Notes: generated from the sequence alone by a model not told the origin. A stretch of 64,000 nt of DNA from Gemmatimonadales bacterium (GCA_035577025.1 DATLVU010000045.1:3727-67726), one strand, 5' to 3'. Shown: positions 10,039-18,578, counted from the stretch's first letter. Numbers and translations are program-made.

Positions 10039-12411
10039 CTACACCCTGAAGAGGTAGCTCACCTTCGCAAAGAACCCGTCCGAGACCCTCGTCAGACCCC
10101 GGAAGCGGAACGCCGTCGGCTCCACCATGCTGTCGCCGTACCCCAGATAGGCCACAGTGCCGGGCGTCGGATGGTAGGAGAACAACCAGTCCAGGCGAAA
10201 CGTGTTGCTCGCGCTGGCGGTGGTGCGCGTGAATGTCCCCGTCACGGAATTGTGAATCAGGATGGCGCCGTTGGTGCGGGAGTCGTCGCGCAGCGCCGCG
10301 GTCACGTTCGAGGTGTACTGCCCGATCACCCGCAGAAAAATGGGTCGCGACAGCTGATATTCGATCTTGAGGCGCGGAACGCGGATCCGCGACACGATGC
10401 TGCCGTCGTCCGGACGGTTCACCTGCTGGTGCTCGTAGATCAGCTCCGTCCGGAGCTGCCCCGTGGGTCGCCAGGTCAGATCCAGGTTCCCGAGGTAGAT
10501 ATGACCGTTCGCCCACTCGAAGAAGTTCTCATCCTGCCCCACGAGAAGAAACGCGGAGAGCGAGAAGGTCTGGAAGCTCGGCGTTTGGACGCTCGCCGCG
10601 TAGTCGAAGTTGGGGACGCGCGGCGTGCCGGTGAACGGGATCGTATCCACCATGGCTCCGCGCACCCGCTCGATCCGATAGTTGGCGTACAACGGGGCGG
10701 GATAGCCGAAGGATTCGATCGACCACGCCAGCCCGACCTGCCAGCCGCCCCGCAGCGTGAATCCGGTGGCGAAGTCGGCCTGGCGATCGTCCGGCGTCTG
10801 GCCCGCGGAGAAGTGGCGATACTCGTCCCACGTGTACGCCAGGTACACGTTGGCGTTGAAGCTCTCGAGCCAGGACCCCGGAGCGCCGACGATCGTATAG
10901 CTCGGAATCATGCTGTTCGAAACCACGTTCGGGCGCGAGATGAACCCGCTCGCCGCCCGAAAGTTCTCCCCTACCCCACGGCTCAGCACCGTCAGACCGA
11001 ACCTCCGCCCCGAGCGCACCAGACTCGCCCGCCAGATCGGGGCCCACACGGTGGGCGCGGCCGCCGAGTCGCGCGTCGCACTCCCGCCGCCCTGAAAGGT
11101 GAGCGCCCAGGCGCGGCCCAGCTCGAGACGGCCGTCCAGCGCGGCCACGCGGTTGAAGCCCGCGCCGTCCACGCGGTCCGTGTACACCAGCCCGAGACTG
11201 TTCTGGCCTCCCGTGCCCAGGTCGTGGCGCAGGCGCAGGGCGCTCATCACGGGATGATCGGTCCCGCTGACCGATGCGTCGGTGCCGTCCACGCCCGAGA
11301 GGGCGGCGATCGTGGTCCCCCCGAGCTTGCCGGTGAGCTTCAGCGCGCCCTGGGGATCCACCAGCCGGCGCGTGTAAATCAGCTGGATCGGCGACTGAAA
11401 CAGCTCCAATCCGTCCAGGAAGAACGGCCGTTTCTCCGGATAGTTCAGCGCGGTCCGCGGATCGAACTGGATCTGAGGCACGTCGGCTTCCACCTGCGAG
11501 AAATCCGGCCGCACCGTGCCATTGAGCGTGAGGTTGCTGGTGACGCCCCAGCGAACGGTCGTGCCGAGCCGCGGCGCGCCGCCGCCGTAGGTCCACCCCG
11601 ACGCGTCGGGCCCGCCGGAGACCGTGCTCGTGGCCTCGGGCGTCACGTCGAGCACCAGGCCGCGCGCGAGGCCGGTCAGGCCGGTGAGCGTCCCATTCTG
11701 CGCGAGGAACGAGGCTCGGGTCTGGAGCACCCGGGTCCAGGTGTGCTGATGGCCGGTGGCCTGCTCGACGCGAATGACGTTGATCCCCCAATCCTGCGGG
11801 TCGCGCGCCTGGTAGCGCAGAGTCTTGAAGGGGATGCGCACCTCCACTTCGTAGCCCCAGGCCGTGAGGTGGCCCTTCGACTCGTACACGTAGTCCGGAC
11901 TGAGATCGAGCGTGTACGCCCCCGTGCTCACCGCCGACAATGTGGTGGCAATCGTGCGCGCCGCGTCCACCAGCGCGCCGTCGGCCTGGGCGCCGAGGGG
12001 GTTCACGCCGAACACGAGCGCCTGACGGCGATCGTTGAACGTGTCGAGTAGGATCTCGACGTAATCGTCGCCCGAGATCTTGTCGCGGTCGGCGAGCGTC
12101 GCCCGTACGCTCGCCGAATCTTGGTACGCGCGGATCCCGAAGTAGATCGCGTCCGGCGCGTACCACACGAGGACCACGGTCGAGTCCTCGGCGGGACGGT
12201 TGTCGTTCGGGAGGTACTGGGAGAAGTCGCGCAGGACGGCAGCGCGGGTCCACGCGGGTTCGTCGAGCCGGCCGTCGACGGTGACCGTGGCGTCGGCGAT
12301 CCGCGGGACGGCGACCGCGGTCCCGGGCGGCGTGCCCTGGGCGAGCGCGACCGTGAGTGCTAATGAATTAGCACTTACGAAGAAAAAAAGAGAGATCACG
12401 GGTGCAGGCAC
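10039..12411 (-). CDS. secreted/outer-membrane CBM9-like plus DUF5916-like protein
   Basis: Signal peptide, then VDGRLDEPAW..DF.QY.P motif, then a long beta-rich region ending in ..KVSYLFRV. The start is GTG at 12411 or, more likely, GTG at 12399, which overlaps the upstream stop (GTGA). Confidence 0.75.
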   Translation of the reverse strand: MPAPVISLFFFVSANSLALTVALAQGTPPGTAVAVPRIADATVTVDGRLDEPAWTRAAVLRDFSQYLPNDNRPAEDSTVVLVWYAPDAIYFGIRAYQDSASVRATLADRDKISGDDYVEILLDTFNDRRQALVFGVNPLGAQADGALVDAARTIATTLSAVSTGAYTLDLSPDYVYESKGHLTAWGYEVEVRIPFKTLRYQARDPQDWGINVIRVEQATGHQHTWTRVLQTRASFLAQNGTLTGLTGLARGLVLDVTPEATSTVSGGPDASGWTYGGGAPRLGTTVRWGVTSNLTLNGTVRPDFSQVEADVPQIQFDPRTALNYPEKRPFFLDGLELFQSPIQLIYTRRLVDPQGALKLTGKLGGTTIAALSGVDGTDASVSGTDHPVMSALRLRHDLGTGGQNSLGLVYTDRVDGAGFNRVAALDGRLELGRAWALTFQGGGSATRDSAAAPTVWAPIWRASLVRSGRRFGLTVLSRGVGENFRAASGFISRPNVVSNSMIPSYTIVGAPGSWLESFNANVYLAYTWDEYRHFSAGQTPDDRQADFATGFTLRGGWQVGLAWSIESFGYPAPLYANYRIERVRGAMVDTIPFTGTPRVPNFDYAASVQTPSFQTFSLSAFLLVGQDENFFEWANGHIYLGNLDLTWRPTGQLRTELIYEHQQVNRPDDGSIVSRIRVPRLKIEYQLSRPIFLRVIGQYTSNVTAALRDDSRTNGAILIHNSVTGTFTRTTASASNTFRLDWLFSYHPTPGTVAYLGYGDSMVEPTAFRFRGLTRVSDGFFAKVSYLFRV
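12357..12374. promoter_or_regulatory. second copy of the blaI-promoter dyad (GTGCTAAT-GA-ATTAGCAC)
   Basis: It shares the core TGCTAAT-N2-ATTAGCA with the palindrome at 13756-13775 and lies within the first 15-20 codons of the DUF5916-like gene. Confidence 0.5.
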
Positions 12412-13355
12412 GGCGTCAGCATGCCCAGGCCGTAGATCGCCGCCGCGCCTGCCACGAACACCAGCGCGCGCAACGCGAGGTGCCCCCGCCCCCCCCGCCC
12501 CCCCCGCCCCCGCCCTCTGTCCTCCCGGGCGCGCGGCTCGTCCAGCAGGGCCCGCACGCGATACTCGAGCGTCGAGGGCGCAGCCATACCCGCGCCCACG
12601 ACGATGCCACTGCCGTGTGCCGCGGCGCGCATGATCTCCACCAGATGCGCGCAGTACTCAGACGCACGGGCGCCGGTGTCGATCACCGCCTCGTCGCACG
12701 TCCGCTCGCGCTCGAGCCGCACCCGCCCCGCCGCGAGCCATACCGCCGGGTGGAACCAGAACACGACCGTTACCGCCTCGAGCAGGATTTCGACCATCAC
12801 GTCGCGCCGGCGCACGTGCAGCAGCTCGTGCAACAACACCAACCGGAGCCGCTCGACGGACCAGTGGACGGCAGCCGCAGGCAGCGCGACCACGGGGCGG
12901 CGCACGCCCCAAGTCGCCGGCACGCGCACCGCCGCCGAGACGAGGAGCGTCACGGGGCGCGAGACCCCGGCGAGACGACCGGCGGTGGCGAGCGCCTCCG
13001 TAGCGTCGGGCCGGCCGAGACCGGTGGCCCGGGCACGAATGCGACGGAGCGCCACGAGGCCGGGCACGAGGCGGAGCGCCGCCACTACCGCGCCCGCGGC
13101 CCACACGAGCCCGATCAGCACGGCGCCGCGGGCCGTGCGGGGCTCGGTGATCGCCACCCACGTCGCGGGCACCTTGAAGAAGTAGGCAGGGAACAGGAGG
13201 CCCGCGAGCGGCAGGAGCACGGTGCCCGCGATCACGAGCAGCCACAAGTCGTGGCGATCCCGGGCCGGCGTGCCGCGTAACGCGACGGCGGCGACCACCG
13301 CGCCCACCACGAGCAGCACGATCTTCGCGAGCGCGGGGACCGGGGCGAAATCCAC
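12396..13355 (-). CDS. BlaR1/MecR1-type M56 zinc-metalloprotease signal transducer, lacking a penicillin-binding sensor domain
   Basis: HELLH zinc motif (LLHELLHVRRRD) between TM helices. The likely GTG start at 13355 is 2 nt after the blaI-like stop; the ORF-track start at 13559 would lie inside blaI. The C-terminus has an RG-rich tract and a final TM helix. Confidence 0.8.
   Translation of the reverse strand: MDFAPVPALAKIVLLVVGAVVAAVALRGTPARDRHDLWLLVIAGTVLLPLAGLLFPAYFFKVPATWVAITEPRTARGAVLIGLVWAAGAVVAALRLVPGLVALRRIRARATGLGRPDATEALATAGRLAGVSRPVTLLVSAAVRVPATWGVRRPVVALPAAAVHWSVERLRLVLLHELLHVRRRDVMVEILLEAVTVVFWFHPAVWLAAGRVRLERERTCDEAVIDTGARASEYCAHLVEIMRAAAHGSGIVVGAGMAAPSTLEYRVRALLDEPRAREDRGRGRGGRGGRGHLALRALVFVAGAAAIYGLGMLTPCLHP
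12483..12515 (-). repeat. G-run tract on the coding strand (G3 C G5 C G8 C G8 C G5)
   Basis: The plus strand reads C5 G C8 G C8 G C5 G C3. The tract encodes GRGRGGRGGRG. Confidence 0.9.
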
Positions 13356-13356
13356 G

Positions 13357-13746
13357 CTACCGCCCCTCGCGCTGGGCGCGCCGCACCAGGTCGCGGAGAC
13401 GATCGAGGTCCTGCTCGGTGAGTCCCTTCGCCGGAACCTCGAGGAGCGCCGCCACCGCGCCCGGACGGGATCCACGGAAGAACGTGCGCACGAGATGCTG
13501 GAGCGCGCTGCGCTGGGCGTCGCCTGGCGACACGGTGGGCTCGTACAGGTAGCGCGCACCGTCCCGGCGGTGGCGCACGTGACCCTTGCGCTCGAGATAG
13601 GCCAGCATGGCCCGCACGGCGGAGTAGCTCGGCGGATCGGGCAGCTCGCGCATCACGTCGCCCACGGCGGCCCGGCCCAGCCGGTACACGACGTCCATGA
13701 TCTGACGCTCGCGGCGACCCAACGTCTCGTGACCGGTGCGTGGCAT
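13357..13746 (-). CDS. BlaI/MecI/CopY family winged-helix repressor
   Basis: 129 aa. LGRRERQIMDVVYRLGRAAVGDVMREL..YSAVRAMLAYLERKGHV is the typical penicillinase-repressor fold signature. Confidence 0.85.
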   Translation of the reverse strand: MPRTGHETLGRRERQIMDVVYRLGRAAVGDVMRELPDPPSYSAVRAMLAYLERKGHVRHRRDGARYLYEPTVSPGDAQRSALQHLVRTFFRGSRPGAVAALLEVPAKGLTEQDLDRLRDLVRRAQREGR

Positions 13747-13755
13747 CGGCAGGAA

Positions 13756-13775
13756 TATGCTAATCGATTAGCATA
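13756..13775. promoter_or_regulatory. 20-bp perfect palindrome TATGCTAATCGATTAGCATA, putative BlaI-type operator
   Basis: It lies 9 nt upstream of the blaI-like ATG and 37 nt upstream of the divergent ligase ATG, as an AT-rich island in GC-rich DNA. Confidence 0.6.
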
Positions 13776-13812
13776 CCTGCAAGGGGACGGGAGGACGCGC
13801 TACGTTCCGGCC

Positions 13813-14898
13813 ATGAAGGCGTTCCCCATCGCGCCGCCGATCGAGCCCATGCTCGCAAAGCTCGCCGATACCCTGCCCGACGGCGGGCACTTTCTCTACG
13901 AGCCCAAATGGGACGGCTTTCGCGCCATCGTGTTTCGCGGCGCGTCCGATGTCTACATCCAGAGCCGCGACCTGAAACCGCTCGACCGCTACTTCCCGGA
14001 CCTGCACCAGGCGCTCCTCGACCAGCTGCCCAAGGCGTGCGTGATCGACGGCGAGATCGTGATCGCCGGGCCGCGTGGGCTCGACTTCGACGCGCTGCAG
14101 ATGCGGCTGCACCCCGCCGCGTCGCGTGTGGCCAAGCTCGCCCAGGCGACGCCCGCCTCGTTCGTGGCGTTCGATGTTCTGGCGGCGGGCGGCAAGGACA
14201 AGAGGAACGCACCGCAACACGAGCGACGCGCGCTGCTCGAGAAACTCTTCGCCGAGGTGGGACCACCGCTCTACCTCACGCCAATGACCGAGGACCGCCG
14301 CATGGCGGCGCAGTGGCTCGAGCGATTCGAGGGCGCGGGTCTGGACGGCGTGGTCGCGAAGCCGGCGGGCGGGACCTACCAGCCGGGGAAGCGCGCCATG
14401 ATCAAGATCAAGCACGCGCGCACGGCCGACTGCGTCGTCGCGGGATTCCGCTGGCACAGGACGGGAGCGGACGCCGTCGGCTCACTGCTGCTCGGCCTGT
14501 ATGACGACCACCGCCGGCTGCAGCACGTCGGCGTCACCTCGTCGTTCACCATGACGATGCGCAAGCAGCTCGTGAAGGAGCTCGCCCCGCTCCGCAAGAA
14601 CGCGCTGAAGGACCATCCCTGGCGAGACTGGGCCCGGACTGAGGGAGAAGGGGGCCGCATGCCCGGTGGCCAGAGTCGCTGGAGCGCGCGCAAGGATCTC
14701 TCGTGGGAGCCGCTCCGCGTCGAGCGAGTGTGCGAAGTGAAGTACGACCACATGCAGGGAGATCGCTTCCGTCACGCCGCGACGTTCCTGCGCTGGCGGC
14801 CGGACAAACAGCCCAAAGACTGCCGTTACGATCAGCTCGAAGTCACGGCTCCCTACGACCTCGCCAAGGTCTTCTCGTCGGGGTCCAGACGCTCCTGA
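13813..14898 (+). CDS. ATP-dependent DNA ligase (LigD/LigC-type ligase domain only)
   Basis: ATG at 13813. Motif I is EPKWDGFR (adenylation lysine) and the C-terminal OB-fold region reads ..ATFLRWRPDK. The upstream part of ORF 13222-14898 is antisense shadow of blaI. Confidence 0.85.
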   Translation: MKAFPIAPPIEPMLAKLADTLPDGGHFLYEPKWDGFRAIVFRGASDVYIQSRDLKPLDRYFPDLHQALLDQLPKACVIDGEIVIAGPRGLDFDALQMRLHPAASRVAKLAQATPASFVAFDVLAAGGKDKRNAPQHERRALLEKLFAEVGPPLYLTPMTEDRRMAAQWLERFEGAGLDGVVAKPAGGTYQPGKRAMIKIKHARTADCVVAGFRWHRTGADAVGSLLLGLYDDHRRLQHVGVTSSFTMTMRKQLVKELAPLRKNALKDHPWRDWARTEGEGGRMPGGQSRWSARKDLSWEPLRVERVCEVKYDHMQGDRFRHAATFLRWRPDKQPKDCRYDQLEVTAPYDLAKVFSSGSRRS

Positions 14899-16145
14899 CG
14901 GGGCCGGAGCTTGACCGGCACGTGCTGCAGATTCACCCGGACGCGCGTCCACGTGGACGACCGGCCGCGCATCGAGTCGACCAGCACATCCGCGGGCTCG
15001 AGGTGCGCCGCGGCCTTGGGGTGGCGCGCTTTCCATCGTTCGAGCCCCGCGAGCGCGTCTTGCTTACGCTTCGCGCGGCCGATTTCGATCAGGGGATGTT
15101 TCGCGGCGCGCGCCCGTGAGGGCTGCACCCGCGGCGGCTCGCCGCGCTGCTTCCTGTAGTGCGGGGGCCACGGCGCGTCACCCTGGCCTTCCCGCTCGTC
15201 CCGTGCCGAGAGCTCGAGCAGTCCCTCGAGTGACCCCGTGGCGTCGTCGATCCCGGCGTGACGATCACCGATCTTCGCGAACCGCTTAGGCATGGTGGCA
15301 AGGGTGAAGTCGGCGGGGTCGATCTCGTCCACCTCGCCCCACGAGAGCGGCGCCGAGACGCGGGCATCGGGGGTGGGCCGCACCGAATAGGCCGAGGCGA
15401 CCGTGCGGTCCTTGGCGTTCTGGTTGTAGTCGACGAACACGCCGTGCCGCTCTTCTTTCCACCACTTGCTCGTGGCGAGCTTGGGTGCCCGGCGCTCGAC
15501 CTCGCGCGCCAGGGCCAGCGCGGCCCGGCGCACCTCGCCGAAGCTCCAACGCCGCTCGATCCGCACCACGACGTGCATGCCGCGGTTTCCCGACGTCTTC
15601 GGCCAGCCGGTCAGCCCGAAATCCTTTAGTGTCGCATCGGCCACGTGGGCCACCTGGCGCACCTGCGGCCACTTGACGCCGGGCACGGGGTCGAGATCCA
15701 CGCGCAACTCATCGGGATGGTCCAGGTCTTCCGCGCGCACCGGGTGGGGGTGCAGCTCCAAGCAGGCCAGATTGGCGAGCCAGGCGAGTGCGGCCGCGTC
15801 GCGGGGCACGACTTCATCGGCGCTGCGCCCCGAGGGGAAGCGCAACGATACGACCTCGATCCACGGCGGACGGGCCTCCGGCGCGCGCTTCTGATAGAAG
15901 AACTCGCCGCCGACACCGTTCGGATAGCGGACCAGCATGTTGGGCCGCCCGCCGGCGCCGCGCAGCGCACCCTCGGCCACGGCGAGGTAGTAGCGCACCA
16001 GATCGAGCTTCGTGTATTTCGGCTTGGGGAAGAGCACCTTGTGCGGGTTCGAGATCGCGATCTCGCGCCCGTCGACGACGAGGGCTTCAGGCTCGCTGCC
16101 ACCCTCTTTCTGGGTTGGTGCTCGCCGCGCGCGGGAGCGCGGCAT
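14853..16145 (-). CDS. stand-alone NHEJ polymerase/primase (LigD Pol-domain type) with a C-terminal extension of about 120 aa
   Basis: ISNPHKVLFP..YTKLDLVRYY, FFYQKR, LELHPHP and DELRVDLDP are typical LigD-Pol motifs. Its 3' end overlaps the convergent ligase gene by 46 nt. Confidence 0.85.
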   Translation of the reverse strand: MPRSRARRAPTQKEGGSEPEALVVDGREIAISNPHKVLFPKPKYTKLDLVRYYLAVAEGALRGAGGRPNMLVRYPNGVGGEFFYQKRAPEARPPWIEVVSLRFPSGRSADEVVPRDAAALAWLANLACLELHPHPVRAEDLDHPDELRVDLDPVPGVKWPQVRQVAHVADATLKDFGLTGWPKTSGNRGMHVVVRIERRWSFGEVRRAALALAREVERRAPKLATSKWWKEERHGVFVDYNQNAKDRTVASAYSVRPTPDARVSAPLSWGEVDEIDPADFTLATMPKRFAKIGDRHAGIDDATGSLEGLLELSARDEREGQGDAPWPPHYRKQRGEPPRVQPSRARAAKHPLIEIGRAKRKQDALAGLERWKARHPKAAAHLEPADVLVDSMRGRSSTWTRVRVNLQHVPVKLRPRQERLDPDEKTLARS

Positions 16146-16146
16146 T

Positions 16147-16728
16147 TCAACGCTCGCCGGAGGGGGCCGCGATGTACGTGAGCTCGCGTCCTTCGGCGGC
16201 GCAGCGCAGCATCAGCGCGCCGCGGCTCATGTCACCGCGCCCGATGAATTCCTGCGGAACATGTAATCGGGGCCCCAGCACGTCCCGCAGCGGCTGCAGG
16301 TACTTGGGCGTCGCGATGCTGCCCAGGAGCACGACCGCGTCTCCAGGACTCAGCTGCTCGGCCAATCGCGCCGCATCGCGACGCAACGGACTGGTGAACC
16401 GTCGATTGTCCGGATCGACCGGGACGCGCGCGACCGCGCGCAACCCCGCGAGATCGATGGTGGCACTCGCGGGACGGAGCCCCAATCCCGGCACGATGAC
16501 CTGCACACCGAAGCACCCGTCCGGCGGATGGGCGAACGCCGACGCGTAGGCCAGCTTGCCTCGAAAGTACAGGCCACTCATGAAGGTGTAGATCTCGCCC
16601 ACGGTCGCACCGTCGCTCGATCGAAGCCGTTGGGCCAGCACCGACCGACCATCCCTGCGCAACAGAAAACCCGCGCGCTTGCCCGCGCTGTTCGCGGGTG
16701 AGAGCAGGAATACTCGGCGCGGGAGCAT
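16147..16728 (-). CDS. uncharacterised 193-aa protein, translationally coupled upstream of the NHEJ polymerase
   Basis: Its stop codon ends 1 nt before the Pol ATG. I recognise no family (FLLSPANSAGKRAGFLL ... IGRGDMSRG). Confidence 0.6.
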   Translation of the reverse strand: MLPRRVFLLSPANSAGKRAGFLLRRDGRSVLAQRLRSSDGATVGEIYTFMSGLYFRGKLAYASAFAHPPDGCFGVQVIVPGLGLRPASATIDLAGLRAVARVPVDPDNRRFTSPLRRDAARLAEQLSPGDAVVLLGSIATPKYLQPLRDVLGPRLHVPQEFIGRGDMSRGALMLRCAAEGRELTYIAAPSGER

Positions 16729-16854
16729 CTAGAGCCGGTTCTCTAAAACAGCCTCCGCCACAGCCTTGAGATGCACCTGCATGTCGGTGCTCATCTTCTG
16801 AATCGCTCGCTCTATGGCTTTCAGTTGCTCCAGGATCTCGTCTTCCTTGGACAT
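16729..16854 (-). CDS. candidate 41-aa small protein (MSKEDEILEQLKAIERAIQKMSTDMQVHLKAVAEAVLENRL)
   Basis: It is below the ORF-track size cutoff. Its TAG stop directly abuts the ATG of the 193-aa gene. Third-position GC is about 72 percent (29/40 codons, hand count) although the segment looks less GC-rich than its flanks. The peptide is an amphipathic helix. Confidence 0.4.
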   Translation of the reverse strand: MSKEDEILEQLKAIERAIQKMSTDMQVHLKAVAEAVLENRL

Positions 16855-16906
16855 CGTATGCCTTTGTTTCGGGGATATGGAACAATCTAACCGGTACGTT
16901 GGCGGG

Positions 16907-17776
16907 CTACGCCACCGTCCGGCCGCCCGCGGCCAGCCATGATCCGCTCAGGATCAAGAGCAATCCGACCAACGACATCAGGCCGAGATGCTCGTGCAGC
17001 ACCAGCACACCGACAATGACCGCCACCACCGGGTTCACGTATGTAACGATGCTCGCCCGGCTCGGGCCTGCCTCGGCGATCAGCTGGAAGAACACCACGA
17101 GGCCGAGCACTGTGCAGACCACACCCAGCACGGCGATCGCCGCGAGCGCGGGGGGCCCCGGCATTCCTTGCGGGGGCTGCGCCAGAGCAGCCGGAAGCAG
17201 AACCACCGTGGAGAGCACCAGGCTCGCCGCCACGGGACCCAACGGATCGAGATCGGCCAGGTACCGGCTCACGATGATGGGCGCGGCGGCGTAGCCGAGC
17301 GTCGCCGCGAGAACGAGCGCCGCGCCGAGCAGCTCGTGGGGCCGGCCGCCGACGTCCACGCCGAGCAGGGCGATCACGCCGCCGAGACCGACCACCAACC
17401 CCACCACGCCGAGCCCGGTCGGCCGGTGGGCGGGCGCGAACCACACCGACAGGAGCGCCACGAGGAGCGGCATGGTCGCGATGAGAATCGCGGTGAGCGA
17501 CGACGAGATATACTGCTCGCCCATGGCGATGAGGACGAACGGCACCGCGATCTCGCACGCGGCATAGGCCGCGATCCACCACAGTCGTCCCCGCAAGCCT
17601 CGGAAGACGCGACGCCCGAGCACGAACGGCAGCAACAGCGCGGCGCCGAGCGCGACCCTGCCCCAGGCGAGGAAGGCGGGAGGGACGCCGGCATCGACGG
17701 CAATCTTGATGAAGAGATACGGCACGCCCCAGATGACGGAGCTCAGCGCGAACAGCAGCCAGGCTCGGGGGGTCAC
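16907..17776 (-). CDS. EamA/DMT-superfamily transporter
   Basis: 289 aa with 10 predicted TM helices and the N-terminus LLFALSSVIWGVPYLFIKIAV. Confidence 0.85.
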   Translation of the reverse strand: MTPRAWLLFALSSVIWGVPYLFIKIAVDAGVPPAFLAWGRVALGAALLLPFVLGRRVFRGLRGRLWWIAAYAACEIAVPFVLIAMGEQYISSSLTAILIATMPLLVALLSVWFAPAHRPTGLGVVGLVVGLGGVIALLGVDVGGRPHELLGAALVLAATLGYAAAPIIVSRYLADLDPLGPVAASLVLSTVVLLPAALAQPPQGMPGPPALAAIAVLGVVCTVLGLVVFFQLIAEAGPSRASIVTYVNPVVAVIVGVLVLHEHLGLMSLVGLLLILSGSWLAAGGRTVA

Positions 17777-17777
17777 T

Positions 17778-18137
17778 TCACGGAGCGAGAAATACCAGTT
17801 CGCGTAACTCGCACTCGCCTTCCCAAGTCGGCCAGAGGTCCCGATGGAGCTGCAAGAACCGGCGCGTTGCCTCGATGGCCTCGCGCTTCGATGCCGCCTC
17901 GAGGATCGCGAAGCCGCCGATGACCTCCTTCGCTTCGGCGAACGGCCCGTCGGTAATCGTCACCTTGCCCTTCGCGATCCGCATGCGGACGCCCGACCCG
18001 CTCGTCCCAAGGCCCCCGGTCGAAACCACCGATCCATCCTTCAGGGAGTCCCGCGTCAGCTTGTCGATGGCGTCGAGCAGCGCCTGCGGCGGCGCCCCCT
18101 GGTTCTCGGCCGACTTCACGATCGAAAGGAACCGCAC
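17778..18137 (-). CDS. YciI/DGPF-domain family protein
   Basis: 119 aa containing TDGPFAEAKEVIGGFAILEA. Confidence 0.75.
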   Translation of the reverse strand: MRFLSIVKSAENQGAPPQALLDAIDKLTRDSLKDGSVVSTGGLGTSGSGVRMRIAKGKVTITDGPFAEAKEVIGGFAILEAASKREAIEATRRFLQLHRDLWPTWEGECELRELVFLAP

Positions 18138-18158
18138 GACTACCTCCCAGATTTGACG

Positions 18159-18578
18159 TTAGTGACCGTTGACGAGACCAGCGACGCTGCGCCGCCCCAG
18201 GACTACCACCGTCGCCAGGATGCTCGCGACGAAGGGCAAAACGGCAGGTGCCACGCCCAGCATCGCTATCGTGGTGGTGGTAGCACCGAGCGTAATAACC
18301 GCCAACCCAGCCGCCGCGACCGGCGTGAGGCCCTCGCCGACGTGGAAGAGCCCAGGCAAGATCAGGCCCAGGGCGCCGGTCACCTCGCAAATGCCGATGA
18401 ACTTGATGAACGTTGGCGGGAACGGCGACAGCGTCGCCAACGCGGCCAGCGGCATTGCCAACTTGAACCCGCCGGCGAAGAGGAACAGAGCGGCGAGCAA
18501 CCCCTGGATGACCCACAGCGTGACGCGGGCCCGCTTGGTTGTGAATGGCATCGGTCGTGTCTCCCCTTTTTGAGCCAT
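18159..18578 (-). CDS. DoxX family membrane protein
   Basis: Four TM helices, with WVIQGLLAALFLFAGGFKL. Confidence 0.75.
   Translation of the reverse strand: MAQKGETRPMPFTTKRARVTLWVIQGLLAALFLFAGGFKLAMPLAALATLSPFPPTFIKFIGICEVTGALGLILPGLFHVGEGLTPVAAAGLAVITLGATTTTIAMLGVAPAVLPFVASILATVVVLGRRSVAGLVNGH

Noticed and set aside
12402-13280. A plus-strand ORF with a poly-proline run (PPPPPPPPPPP) opposite the blaR1-like gene.
   Set aside because: The poly-Pro run is just the complement of the G-run tract. The opposite strand carries the HELLH metalloprotease with TM helices.
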